64,000 bases of DNA, taken from positions 118,577 to 182,576 of the forward strand of contig CAZGJS010000002.1 in NCBI GenBank assembly GCA_964525875.1. The letters run 5' to 3'. The stretch is from an uncultured Eubacteriales bacterium (GTDB lineage: Bacteria; Acidobacteriota; Aminicenantia; Aminicenantales; Saccharicenantaceae). The notes beneath the pieces were generated by a model. The model did no database searches. It saw only the letters and a program-made list of their open reading frames with translations, and was not told the DNA's origin. Shown piece by piece: positions 46,668 to 57,100 of the stretch (position 1 is the first letter of the stretch; every line of letters begins with the position of its first letter). Made by a program: the position numbers and the translations under genes.

Positions 46668-47192
46668 CTAAAGGTCTGGAAAAAGTTTCTTCAGGATCTC
46701 CAGGGATTCCGGGAAGAGGTCGGTGAGCGAGACGGACTGCCAATCCGCAAAGGCGAAACGCCACTCCCCTTTCCCGGTTTTATCCAGGTCGAACCGGAAA
46801 CGGTAAAACTCGCCCGTGTAGCGGATGAGCTTTCTCAGGACCTCGGCCGCTCCGTGCGAGAAGGACATCTCGCACTCGACGACGGCCCGTCCGTCCGGGC
46901 CGGGGACGTCCACGCGCACGCTCAGGAGATGGATGACGATCCCCCGGAACCTCCCCAGGTAATCACCGATGAGACGCTCCGCGTCCGCCTTGTCCCTCCC
47001 CTCGAAATCGGAATAATCCGGCGAAAAACGCTCCATCAGGGCGCCGATCTGCTTTTCTTCGGCCAGGGCCACGGACTTTTTCAGGAACTCCTTGATGCGG
47101 GCCTCTTCGGACGGCGTCCCGCACCCGCCCGGGAAAAAGCAGACCGCGGCGAGGACCAGAGCCCCGAAGGACGACTTCTTCACGCCCTTCAT
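46668..47192 (-). CDS. lipoprotein, unknown function (NTF2/SnoaL-like size)
   Basis: Internal ATG gives MKGVKKSSFGALVLAAVCFFPGGC (lipobox). 174 aa. Its start overlaps the DUF2207 stop (ATGA). The upstream 125 Arg/Gly-rich codons of the tracked ORF are an out-of-frame reading of the Gly-rich tail. Confidence 0.5.
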   Translation of the reverse strand: MKGVKKSSFGALVLAAVCFFPGGCGTPSEEARIKEFLKKSVALAEEKQIGALMERFSPDYSDFEGRDKADAERLIGDYLGRFRGIVIHLLSVRVDVPGPDGRAVVECEMSFSHGAAEVLRKLIRYTGEFYRFRFDLDKTGKGEWRFAFADWQSVSLTDLFPESLEILKKLFPDL

Positions 47193-49063
47193 CAGCCCGC
47201 GCCTCCGCCGCCTCCGCCCCTGCCGCCGCCTCCTCCTCCGCCGCTGAAGCCCCCGCCTCCCCCCGAAGAATAGTGGGCGGCCGAGGTGCTGGCCTGATGA
47301 ATGGCCGTCGCCGTATGCTCGATACTGCTGATCACGCTCTGGAGCCCGCCGCCGGCCAGGAAATTCGCCTGGTTGAACCCGGCGTACCACATGGGGACGG
47401 CGGCCCGTTCGTCCTGGAGGATGACCGGCAGCATCTTGAGGATCTTCTTGGCGTTTCCGAAGAGGATGCCGAAGACGAGGTAGTGTTCCCAGAGCTTGTA
47501 GGCTTCCGCGGGGATCTCCTTGAATTCCGAGAAATCGTCGAGGAAGCGCTTCAGGCCATTCCAAGCCTCGTTCTCGCGCGCCCAGCTCATCGTCCTTCTT
47601 TTAAAAGTCGGGATCAGGACCAATGCGAGGATGAGCAGGACGGGACTGAGCGTCAGGACGGCCACGGGCATGGAAACGGCGTAGAAGATATTCCTCGTCT
47701 TAAGCCCCTCGGGCTCGAGGAAGCCCAGGGACTTCGCTTCTTCCCGGATCCCTTTGGTCCACTTCAAGTACCAGGTCTGGAATTTCTGGGGTTTTTTCTT
47801 CATGAAGCTCTGGAGCTCGTCGACGCTGAAGGCGGCTCCCGGGCTAGTCCCCACGGGCACGGCTTCCTTAAAGAGAAAATCGAGGAGCACTTTCTCGAAG
47901 GACCGCAGGTCCGCGGACCGGGAAATGTCTTTTTTCAGGGTGATGACCGTCTCCACCGCTTCTTTGGAGCCGAACATCCTTTTTTTCAGGACGTTCCGGT
48001 CCTCCATCTCCAGGACGCCCCGCCGCGCCAGGTCGAAGAGGGTCGCCGTGAAGGCCGCCGAGGTCACGGTCCGTCCTTCGCGCATGAGCGTCTGGACCTG
48101 GGCGGGCGGCTTGTCGGAGGGAAGCTCGCGGACATAATCCGGCAGGCCCTCGAAACGATAATCCTTGCCCACGGCGGACCAGGCCCGGAAGAACAGGAGG
48201 AGCCAGATGAGCGGGCCTGCGACCTGCCAGGTCCCCCAAACGCCCAAGCCCTTGAGGAAATTCCGCTTGTTCGCCGCGGACCTCTGCCGGCCGAGTTCCT
48301 TTTCCCTCTGGGCCCTGCGGACACGCTCGATCGTGTCTCGGACATAGCCCGCCTCCTCGGCCTTGATCGAGGCGAGGGCGTACCTGTCCGACGGGACTCC
48401 GGCGACGATCCCGGCCGGCCAGACGACGCGGATCTCGAAAAACCGGCGAGAGGCCAGGTCCGGAGCGGAAAAACGGGCCGTGCGCTCGTCGACGACCTCG
48501 GCCCAGCCGGCGAGAGGGCCGTGGCCCCAGACGTTGAGCTCCTCCTTCTTCGCGACCGGGCCGGGCAGAGTGACGGTGACCCGGATGTTCCTGGCCGGCT
48601 TATCCCAACCGTCACCTATCGCCTTCCAGTAGAGCTCGGTGACGTCTTGATGGCTGGCGATCCCTCCCGCGACGCGGTAGCGAATGTGGAACGTCCGCCG
48701 CTCGTCGCGGGCGGAATAAAACCATTTGGCCGTGAGCCGCCCGCCCTCTTCGGCGAGCTCCGTCCTCAAGGTCTGGTCCTTCTCGTCTGTCACCGCGAGT
48801 TCGGTCACCGAAACCTCGCGCCGGAGGCCCGAGCGTTCGACGCGCAGGGGAATGACGACGTAAGCGTAGCTGAAACTCCCCTGGAATTCGAACGTCCTGT
48901 ATTCATCGACGAGGAAAGTGCCGTCGCTCTTGATCGAAATGTCCACCCGGACTTCGGGGAAATAGTAGTCCTTGGGCGCGGTGGCCGCGGTTGCGGGAAA
49001 AAGCAAGACGGCCAGGGCCGCGGCGGCGAGGGCCAGGGCTGCTTTCGAGGTTCGCATGTTCAT
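47192..49063 (-). CDS. DUF2207 family membrane protein with Gly-rich C-terminal tail
   Basis: Signal peptide, YYFPEVRVDISI N-terminal domain, and central TM helices (GPLIWLLLFF, VLTLSPVLLILALVLIP). The C-terminus is SSGGGGGFSGGGGGGGRGGGGGGAG. 623 aa. Confidence 0.6.
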   Translation of the reverse strand: MNMRTSKAALALAAAALAVLLFPATAATAPKDYYFPEVRVDISIKSDGTFLVDEYRTFEFQGSFSYAYVVIPLRVERSGLRREVSVTELAVTDEKDQTLRTELAEEGGRLTAKWFYSARDERRTFHIRYRVAGGIASHQDVTELYWKAIGDGWDKPARNIRVTVTLPGPVAKKEELNVWGHGPLAGWAEVVDERTARFSAPDLASRRFFEIRVVWPAGIVAGVPSDRYALASIKAEEAGYVRDTIERVRRAQREKELGRQRSAANKRNFLKGLGVWGTWQVAGPLIWLLLFFRAWSAVGKDYRFEGLPDYVRELPSDKPPAQVQTLMREGRTVTSAAFTATLFDLARRGVLEMEDRNVLKKRMFGSKEAVETVITLKKDISRSADLRSFEKVLLDFLFKEAVPVGTSPGAAFSVDELQSFMKKKPQKFQTWYLKWTKGIREEAKSLGFLEPEGLKTRNIFYAVSMPVAVLTLSPVLLILALVLIPTFKRRTMSWARENEAWNGLKRFLDDFSEFKEIPAEAYKLWEHYLVFGILFGNAKKILKMLPVILQDERAAVPMWYAGFNQANFLAGGGLQSVISSIEHTATAIHQASTSAAHYSSGGGGGFSGGGGGGGRGGGGGGAG

Positions 49064-49145
49064 GGCGAGTCTCCGTCTGTCATTTCCGGGACAGGTTTCT
49101 TTTTTAACTTAGGACAGGGAGAAAAGCAAGCCCGGTAGGGAGGGG

Positions 49146-49508
49146 TCAGGCCCCGCTGTCGTCCTTGGCCCCGAAAATGTGGTCGATCAACGCGAACTCG
49201 GCGTTGGGTTCCAGGCCGACGAACTGGAGCCCGGCCTCGAAGACCTCCTTGCCGTAGAGCTCCCTGGCCCAGCGGACCTCGCCGATGGCCCGTATCCGCT
49301 TGCGGGAGCGGCCCAGGGTGATGTCCAGACGGACGCGCGCGCCCATTTCGAGCGGGGCCACGGTCATGATGCGGACTCCGCCCATGGAAATATCGCGGGT
49401 GAGGGAATAGTAGACCGCCGGAGTGCCGGGGTGGATCTCGCCGGTCATCAACGAAACGACGACCTTGTTTTCCTCGACGATACGGACGTCCCGGCGCTTG
49501 TCCTTCAT
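49146..49508 (-). CDS. PilZ domain protein (c-di-GMP receptor-like)
   Basis: RRDVR (RxxxR) and DISMGG (DxSxGG) motifs in a 120-aa protein. Confidence 0.7.
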   Translation of the reverse strand: MKDKRRDVRIVEENKVVVSLMTGEIHPGTPAVYYSLTRDISMGGVRIMTVAPLEMGARVRLDITLGRSRKRIRAIGEVRWARELYGKEVFEAGLQFVGLEPNAEFALIDHIFGAKDDSGA

Positions 49509-49625
49509 GGCCGCGTGTTCGTCCCAGGAGTCAACGTCCGCAAACGGGTGCCTCCGGATACATAATGTCCCGCGTTGGGTTAGTCGGCTCGGGCCGGTCG
49601 AGAATGAATTTTGACATTTGAGAAA

Positions 49626-49655
49626 TTGACAATCCGTCGATTTTTAAGGTATGTA
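49626..49655 (+). promoter_or_regulatory. candidate sigma-70 promoter (TTGACA-17/18-TATGTA) for the Gfo/Idh/MocA gene
   Basis: Two TTGACA hexamers (49611 and 49626) in the divergent PilZ/Gfo intergenic region. The second is followed after 17-18 nt by GTATGT/TATGTA. Confidence 0.3.
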
Positions 49656-49741
49656 GAGTCCTAAAAAAAAGTGGCCCCTCTGAGGGACCATATGGGGACA
49701 TGAACTTCTTAACCGTGTCCCCGATGCGGGAGATTCAAGAC

Positions 49742-50998
49742 ATGACAAAGAAAGCACAGGTCCTCGGCGTTGGAATCGTCGGCGGCGGGTTCATCGCCCG
49801 CTTCCACATCAAGTCCTGGGTCGGCGTCCGCGACGCCGACATCTTGGGCGTCTTCGACCCCGACGCGAAACGGGCACGGGAGGCCTGCGCCCTGGCCAAG
49901 TCGCTCGGCGTCGGCGAGGCCAGGCCCTACGCCTCGATCACGGACATGGCCGCCGATCCGCGCATCGGAGCCCTCTGGATCTGCGCCCCGAACTACACGC
50001 GGGGCGAGGTCATGGAGGAGATCAGTCAGGCCGTGATCAAGGGGAAGGCCGAGCTCGTCGGCGTGGCCTGCGAGAAGCCGCTCGGCCGCAACGTCCGCGA
50101 AGCGAAGAAGATGCTCGAGCTCGCGAGGAAGGCCGGCCTCCTCGACGGCTACCTGGAGAACCAGGTCTTCTCCCCGGCCGTCGTCCGGGGCAAGGAGATC
50201 GTCTGGGCCCGCGGCGCCGCTCTCTCCGGGCCGCCCTACCTGGCCCGCGCGGCTGAGGAGCACAGCGGACCCCACATGCCCTGGTTCTGGGAAGGCACGC
50301 TCCAGGGCGGCGGCGTCCTCAACGATATGATGTGCCACTCGGTCGAAGAGGCCCGGTTCATGCTGACCCCGCCCGGCGCCCGCCGCGACGTCCTGACCCC
50401 GGTGAACGTCACCGCCTATACCAACTGCCTCAAGTGGCAGGAGCCCAGATACGCCGCCATCCTGGCCAAAAACAGCGGCGGCAAGACGGACTACCTCAAG
50501 CGGCCGTCCGAGGACTTCGCCCGGGCGCTCGTCGAATTCAAGGACAGGGCCGGCAAGATCCTCGTCGTCGAGACGACGACGAGCTGGTGCTACGTGGGAG
50601 CGGGTCTCCGCCTGAGCATGGAGCTTCTCGGTCCCGAGTACGCCCTCCAGATCAACTCGCTCGACGCCGGACTCAAGGTCTTCTTCAGCCGCGAGGTCAA
50701 GGGCAAGGCCGGCGAGGACCTCGTCGAGAAACAAAACGCCGAGATCGGGCTGATGCCCATCGTCGCCGACGAAGCCGGCGAATACGGCTACATCGCCGAG
50801 AACCGACACATGGTCCAGTCCTTCATCCGCGGCGTCCGGCCGGAGGAGAATTTCACCGACGGCGTCGCCGTCGCCGAACTTCTCATGGCCGCCTATCGGA
50901 GCGCCGAGCTGGGCAAGACCCTGGCCTTCCCGTTCAAAGGCATGGATGATTACGTCCCGCCCGTAGCCCGTGGGAAATGGAACCCGAAGTCGAAGTGA
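49742..50998 (+). CDS. Gfo/Idh/MocA family NAD(P)-dependent oxidoreductase
   Basis: N-terminal Rossmann motif KAQVLGVGIVGGGFIARFH and the conserved EKP motif (ACEKPLGRN). Start set at MTKKAQ. The tracked ORF starts at 49700. Confidence 0.8.
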   Translation: MTKKAQVLGVGIVGGGFIARFHIKSWVGVRDADILGVFDPDAKRAREACALAKSLGVGEARPYASITDMAADPRIGALWICAPNYTRGEVMEEISQAVIKGKAELVGVACEKPLGRNVREAKKMLELARKAGLLDGYLENQVFSPAVVRGKEIVWARGAALSGPPYLARAAEEHSGPHMPWFWEGTLQGGGVLNDMMCHSVEEARFMLTPPGARRDVLTPVNVTAYTNCLKWQEPRYAAILAKNSGGKTDYLKRPSEDFARALVEFKDRAGKILVVETTTSWCYVGAGLRLSMELLGPEYALQINSLDAGLKVFFSREVKGKAGEDLVEKQNAEIGLMPIVADEAGEYGYIAENRHMVQSFIRGVRPEENFTDGVAVAELLMAAYRSAELGKTLAFPFKGMDDYVPPVARGKWNPKSK

Positions 50999-51018
50999 GA
51001 ACGAACGAAGGAGAACTC

Positions 51019-52500
51019 ATGAAACGCATTCCCGCCATCCTCGCCCTCGCCGTCTTCCTCGCCGCAGCGGCCGCCCCGGCCCTCGCGGCGGGCACGCCGG
51101 CCGCACCGCAGATCCGGCACATCTCGCCCGAGCTCCAGAAAGCCGTCGCTTCGACGGACTATGCGGGCGTGCGGATCAAGAAATTCCCCTTCGCCTCGGA
51201 GGCCTGGACGTTCCGCAATTTCACCTTTGTCGAGACCCTCCGGATGCTCAAGGAGCTGGGTGTCGCCGCCGTTGAGGCCTTCCCCGGCCAGGCCCTCGCG
51301 GCCGAGCTCCCCGGCGCACGCTTCGACGAGACGATGACGGCCGAACAGGTCGCCTTCGCCAAGGAGGCCCTCAAGGAGGCCGGCGTCACGCTCTACGGCT
51401 ACGGCGTCGTCGACATCGGCAAGACCGAAGAAAGCATGCGCAAGGTCTTCGACTTCGCCCGCAAGATGGGCATCCGCGTCGTCGTCTGCGAGCCGGCCGA
51501 CGACGACTTCACCCTGCTCGAGAAGCTGGTCAAGGAATACGACATCAAAATCGCCATCCACAACCACCCTGCGCCCTCGAAGTACAACCTGCCCGAGACC
51601 GTCTTCAGCCATATCGACGGCAAGGACCCGCGCATCGGCTCCTGCGCCGACAGCGGCCACTGGATGCGGGGCCTGAACGACCCGCGCGAGGCCTTCAAGC
51701 TCCTCCAGGGCCGTATCCTCGACGTCCACCTCAAGGATCGCAGCGATTTCGGCACGGCCAAGGGCGTCGACGACGTCTCTTGGGGCGCGGGCAAGGGGAT
51801 GATCCGCGACCTCCTGGCCGAGCTGACCCTCCAGGACTACGACGGCTACCTGACTATGGAATACGAGAACGAATCCGAGGTCGGCGACCCCCGGCCCGCC
51901 TTCCGCAAGAGCATCGCCTACGTCAAGAGCGTCACCTATTTCGAGGGCTACACCCAGATCCTCCGGCGTTCCGGCGGCCGCTACGAGAAACACGGCTGGA
52001 ACCACTATGGGCCGGGCTACTTCGAGGTCGACGAGAGGACGGGCGTCCTCAAGGGCCAGAGCGGCATGGGCCTCCTCTGGTACTCGAAAAAAGTCAGGGA
52101 CTTCGTCCTCGAGTTCGATTTCAAGTGTTCGACCGAGGCCACGAACTCGGGCATCTTCCTCCGCGTGCCCTCCGTCCCCGTGAGCGACGACTATATTTAT
52201 CATTCGATCGAGATCCAGATCGACGATAAGTCGACGGGCATCCATCACACCGGGGCCGCCTACGACATCGAGGCGCCCAAGGCCCTGGCCTCGCTCCCCA
52301 CGGGCGAATGGAACCACTTCAAGATCGAATTCAAGGGCATGCGCCTCAAGATCGAGCTCAACGGCAAGCCGGTCATGGACTGGGAGGCCAGGCCGGGCGG
52401 CAAGGTCAAGGACATCTCTCCCGAGGGCTACATCGGCCTCCAGAACCACGACAGCCAGTCCCCTCCCTACTTCCGGAACGTCTTTCTTAAAGAGCTCTGA
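51019..52500 (+). CDS. secreted fusion of a xylose-isomerase-like TIM-barrel (sugar phosphate isomerase/epimerase family) and a DUF1080 (3-keto-disaccharide hydrolase-like) domain
   Basis: GAAGGAGAA RBS, then signal peptide MKRIPAILALAVFLAAAAAPALAAG. The TIM-barrel part carries IAIHNHP...EYEN metal-site-like motifs. The C-terminal about 200 aa (WNHYGPGYFEV...GYIGLQNHDS...FRNVFLKEL) fits the DUF1080 jelly-roll pattern. Confidence 0.65.
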   Translation: MKRIPAILALAVFLAAAAAPALAAGTPAAPQIRHISPELQKAVASTDYAGVRIKKFPFASEAWTFRNFTFVETLRMLKELGVAAVEAFPGQALAAELPGARFDETMTAEQVAFAKEALKEAGVTLYGYGVVDIGKTEESMRKVFDFARKMGIRVVVCEPADDDFTLLEKLVKEYDIKIAIHNHPAPSKYNLPETVFSHIDGKDPRIGSCADSGHWMRGLNDPREAFKLLQGRILDVHLKDRSDFGTAKGVDDVSWGAGKGMIRDLLAELTLQDYDGYLTMEYENESEVGDPRPAFRKSIAYVKSVTYFEGYTQILRRSGGRYEKHGWNHYGPGYFEVDERTGVLKGQSGMGLLWYSKKVRDFVLEFDFKCSTEATNSGIFLRVPSVPVSDDYIYHSIEIQIDDKSTGIHHTGAAYDIEAPKALASLPTGEWNHFKIEFKGMRLKIELNGKPVMDWEARPGGKVKDISPEGYIGLQNHDSQSPPYFRNVFLKEL

Positions 52501-52549
52501 TCGGCCATCAGGCGCCTGGGAGAGCTGTTAGATAAAAGGAGAAGTGAGC

Positions 52550-53878
52550 ATGACAGCGGTAAAGAGTACGCGCAGCAGACTGTTTATCATGATGGTGATG
52601 GAGTTCTTCATCTGGGGCGCATGGCTTCCGCTGATATTCAGCTATTTGCCGAGTCTCGGATTCACCACGACCCAGCAAGCCTGGATCCTGAATGCCTTCC
52701 CCCTCTCGGCCATCGTCGGCATGTTTTTCAGCAACCAGTTCGCGGATCGACGTTTCGCCGCCGAGAAGTTCCTGGGTTTGAGTCACCTCATCGGCGGACT
52801 CGCGATACTCGGGCTGGGGTTCACCCGCGAGTTCTGGCCCTTTTTTGTCCTGATGTTCGTGCATTGCCTTTTCTACGTCCCGACCATCTCGATCGCCAAC
52901 TCGATCGCCTTCACCCACATGAAGGACGCGCAGAAGGAGTTCGGTTTTGTCCGCATGGGGGGCACCATAGGCTGGATTCTCGCCGCCTGGCCATTCACGT
53001 TCATCCTTGTGGATTGGGCCAGAGTTAAGGCAGCGGCGCCGCATGGAGTGGTCGCTTGGCTCGGAACAGTGCTCGGCTCGGGACTCTCCGGCCAAGCGTT
53101 GAAACAAGCGACGCGCTGGACATTCATCGTAGCGGGCGTCGTCTCTCTGGGCCTGGCCGCCTACAGCCTGCTTCTCCCGCACACGCCGCCAAAGAAAAAA
53201 AAGCTGGATGCTTCCGCTGCCGAACGCTTCGCGTGGCTTGAAGCGGTGAGGTTGCTCAAGCACCCGTTCGTACTGGTCCTTTGGTTCTTGACGTTCGTCG
53301 ACGCTTTCGTTCATAACTCGTATTTCAACTGGACCGCTTCGTTCCTCGGCGCTAGGCCGGAGGCCGGAGGAGTCGGCATTCCCGGCAACTGGATCATGCC
53401 CGTCATGAGTTTGGGCCAGGTCTCGGAGATCCTGACCATGCTCGCCCTGGGAGCCGTGTTGAAAAAACTCGGCTGGCGGATGACGATGCTCATAGGCATT
53501 CTTGGGCATGCCGGCCGGTTCGCGGTATACGCCTTTTTCCCCTCCCAGCCTTGGATGATCGTGGCTATCCAGGTCTTGCATGGCATCTGCTATGCTTTCT
53601 TCTTCGCCACGGTTTACATTTTTGTGGACGCGTATTTCCCTAAGGACGTTCGTTCGAGCGCGCAGGGGCTGTTCAATGTGATGATTCTCGGCCTCGGAGT
53701 GCTGGCGGCCAACTCGCTGTGCCCGTGGCTGATACAATCGGTCTTCACCGTCAACGGCGTTACAGACTTCCGCTCGATGTTCTTGCTGCCGTGCCTGACC
53801 GCGCTGGGAGCCGCTATCTTGCTGGCTGTGGCCTTCCGGCCTCCGGCAAGGGTCGAGACGGGCCAAGGCCTATCTTAG
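52550..53878 (+). CDS. MFS transporter, nucleoside:H+ symporter (NHS/NupG-like) family
   Basis: N-terminus [23 protein letters not shown], the NHS family hallmark, with 12 TM helices. AGGAG lies 8 nt upstream of the ATG. Confidence 0.7.
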   Translation: MTAVKSTRSRLFIMMVMEFFIWGAWLPLIFSYLPSLGFTTTQQAWILNAFPLSAIVGMFFSNQFADRRFAAEKFLGLSHLIGGLAILGLGFTREFWPFFVLMFVHCLFYVPTISIANSIAFTHMKDAQKEFGFVRMGGTIGWILAAWPFTFILVDWARVKAAAPHGVVAWLGTVLGSGLSGQALKQATRWTFIVAGVVSLGLAAYSLLLPHTPPKKKKLDASAAERFAWLEAVRLLKHPFVLVLWFLTFVDAFVHNSYFNWTASFLGARPEAGGVGIPGNWIMPVMSLGQVSEILTMLALGAVLKKLGWRMTMLIGILGHAGRFAVYAFFPSQPWMIVAIQVLHGICYAFFFATVYIFVDAYFPKDVRSSAQGLFNVMILGLGVLAANSLCPWLIQSVFTVNGVTDFRSMFLLPCLTALGAAILLAVAFRPPARVETGQGLS

Positions 53879-53891
53879 GGTTCACTCGGAT

Positions 53892-54107
53892 TTGCGGGCT
53901 GCGATGAAGATCCGCTACCTCGACGGCAACAGACTGTACTACGCCTTCCTCGCCGGCGGACAGGCGGTCATCCGCGTCCCAACGTTTCTTCTTGTCCGGG
54001 TCTCCGGCATCCCGATGCTCGAGAAAAAATACGCCGGGAACGCGGAGTTCCAAGCCTACGCCCGCAGGACGAACGCCTTCGTCCCCTGGTTCCCGAAAAA
54101 GCCTTAG
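53892..54107 (+). pseudogene. C-terminal fragment of an ICMT/PEMT/DUF1295-like membrane methyltransferase
   Basis: The 71-aa ORF ends ...[32 protein letters not shown]. This matches the conserved C-terminal EE..L...FG..Y..Y...VP.FIP tail of that family. It lacks the TM/SAM-binding body. Confidence 0.3.
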
Positions 54108-57100
54108 AAGCCCGGGCTGATGCTCAACTGCAGATGCCAGCCGCGGACCGGCCGGTCGATCGGGTAGACGTAGTTCAACCCGAGGATGAGGTAGCCGAAG
54201 AGGTTCGTCCTCAGGCCGATACCGGCGCTGCTGATGGGCTTCCGGTTGCCGCCCAAGAACGTGGGTTTGACGTCCTCCGGGGTCTCCCCGCCCCACCAAT
54301 AACCGGGGTTCTGGGCGTAGGCGATGCCCCAGTCGAAGAAACCGAAGAATTCGAGGGGCCAGGCGCCGAAGTAGCCCTTGCCGATGCCCAGGACACCGAG
54401 CAGGGGAAAGCGCAATTCCACGTTGCCCATTAGCATCTTGCTACCGTAGAGCCGGTTGGGATCGAAGGCGTTGTCCGGATCCTGTTGGTACACGCTCAAC
54501 TCAGCGCTGGAGAACGACTCGTAGCCGCGGACGAGGTCCCAGTAGGCGATATAAAGGGGATAGAACCGATCGTCCTCGGCGTCCTTCCCATAGCGCCCCA
54601 CGTGAAGAGCCCGGAAGGCCAGCGTGAAAGGCCTCAACGGCATGAAGTACTTACGGAAATCCGCCGAGGCCGTTATAAAGTTTATGCTTCCGATGGCCGG
54701 AGACACGGACAGGCCGATATTCTGTCCGAGGATGGGGCTCGTCGCCCCGAATATCCCGCTGTCATAATAATAGCCCGCTGTCAGGTAGCCGAAGGACATC
54801 GCCGGGGGCGTCGGCACTCTCTCTTTTTCGTAGGCGATCAGGCCGCCGCTGACCAAGGAATAGATCCGGGTGTAAAGCGTCCGTTGGAAATCCTGGATGC
54901 GGAAACCCGCGCTCAGCGAGAACCGGCTGACCTGGCTGAAGGGATAGGAGCCGAAGACGGAGAAGTCGTAGTTGATGAGCCGGTAGATATCCCGCACCTC
55001 GAAGATCGCGGGTTCTCCCGCGAATTCGTCCTCGAACAGATAGTAATAGGGATAAGGATAGACGATCCGCTGGGCCGCCGAGCCCCAGTTGAAGCGTCCT
55101 TTGTTGTTGAGGTAGGCCAGGACGCCGGAGGTGTCGACGATTTGCGACCCGGTGAACGCGGTCGTGATGATCGTCTGGGTGCCGAGCATGTCGCTCCAGA
55201 ACGCGGAGACGCCGCCTGCGGCGTAGGTCCCATAGCGGTCGGCGCCGATGCCGATGGAAGCCGGCGAAACATAGTCCAGGGCGAGCTTGGGCTTGTATGC
55301 GGAAATCGCGAAGTTCGTGTCCTTGGGCAGGCCGAAGAGCGGGTTCTTGAGGAGGCCAAGGAGTGCGCCCTCGGCTTCCGCGCGCGGCGGCAGGAGGGCC
55401 GGGTTGCGGTCGAACTGAGCCAGGAAAGCCTGCCCCTCGAGGACCTTCGCGTCGTCGATCGAATAGACCGTGTAGTAACTGTCCTGGTAGCCGGAGAAGA
55501 CGACCCGGCCGGTGTTCAGGGCGACCGAAATGGCGGGACTGAGCTCGGTGATGCCGCTGATACCCGTGTACAGGTTCGTGACCTGGAAAAGTTGGCCCGA
55601 GGCGATATCGATCCGGTAGAGGTCGGTCTTGCCGTTCTGGTCGGAGAGGAAATAGAGCCCCTTCGAGTCCGCGGTCCATTGGGGGTTGATGTTCTTGCCG
55701 TTGGGGAAGCCCAGGAGCTTCTGGATCCGGCCCGACTCGACGTCGAGCAGGGCCAGCTCGTAGTTCCCGATATCGACCCAGTCGAGGTTGGTCGAGAACC
55801 GCTCGGTAACGAAGGCGATGGTCTTGCCGTCGGGCGACCAGACCGGCTGGAGGTCGGCGAAGACGTCCCTTGTCATCTGTTTGAGGACGTTGTCTTTGAG
55901 GTCGTAGATGAAGAGGTCCGAGACCCCGCCGGTCAGGGCGGTGAAGGTGACGTAGCGGCCGTCGGGCGACCAGGCCGGGCTGAGGATCTCGGCCAGTTCG
56001 CCGAAGGGGATCTCCCGCTCGATCTTGTCCTTCTTCATGTCGAGGATGATCAAGACCGGGCGGCCCTTGGCCACGCCGCCGAAGACAAATTTCTCGCCCG
56101 TGGCGTCCCAGGAGCCGGCGGACTTGATGAATTGGATGCTCTCGAAATGGGGGTCCACGGCGGTCGAGATGATCTTCCGCCTGATCTTGCCGGCGTCGGC
56201 ATCCGCCAGGTAAAGGTCGATCGAGAACATGTCCCGGGTCGAAAGAAACACGAGTTCTTTGCCGTCGGGGCTGATGGACGGCGCGATATTGTAGGGATTG
56301 GATTCCACGCCTTTGAACAACGCCTTGGCGAACTTGTCGGGCGCCTGGGTTTTTTCGATGAGCCCGTTGTAGGCGTCCTGCATCGATTTATGCCAATCGG
56401 CCGAAAGCTGCTTCAGCTTGATGCCGAGCACGCCCTCGAGGATGATCTCGTAGTCCCCGGCGCGGCCGACGGACTTCATCATCTTGCCGATGACTTCGTC
56501 CCCCCATCGTCCGGTGATGTACGCCCACACGGCCTGGCCCCAGCGGTAGGGGAAATACTTGTAGGAGTTTCCAAGCTTGCTGATCTGCGGCAGTTCCTTG
56601 CGGCGGACGGCGTCCCGCATCCACATCGAGGTGTTCTGATCGACCGGCCCGATGGACAGATACTCGGCCATGCCCTCGATGAACCAGAGGGGAATGCGGA
56701 GGCCCATCTCGTTCCCCCGGGCCTGGTCGGAATGGCCCTGGGCCATGATATCGTACTGGAAGGCGTGGACGAGCTCGTGTCCGATGACGTGGTCGGTTTC
56801 GGAGAGCGAGGCGCCATAGGGCAGGACGATCCGGCGCTTGAACGACTCGGTGACGCCGCCGGTGCCTTCGCCCAGGATCTCGCTGATGACGGTCGTCTGC
56901 TGGAATTCCGGGCCGCTCCCGTAGAGGATGAGCGGCTGACGGCCCTTGAGCTCATGGTTGAACATCCGGGAGAGACGCGCATACCAGCGCTCGGCCATGA
57001 GGGCGGCCAGCTTGACCGTCTGTTCGTCCTGGAGATAGAAGTAGATGTCGTAGTGCCGGGTCTTCATGATCTTGAAATCGAACTTCTGGTACTGAACCTT

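Noticed and set aside
46668-47564. Full 298-aa reading of the lipoprotein ORF.
   Set aside because: The first 125 codons (RRRRRRQGRRRRRR...) are an out-of-frame reading of the GGC-repeat Gly tail of the DUF2207 gene. The real start is the internal ATG whose stop/start overlaps at 47192.
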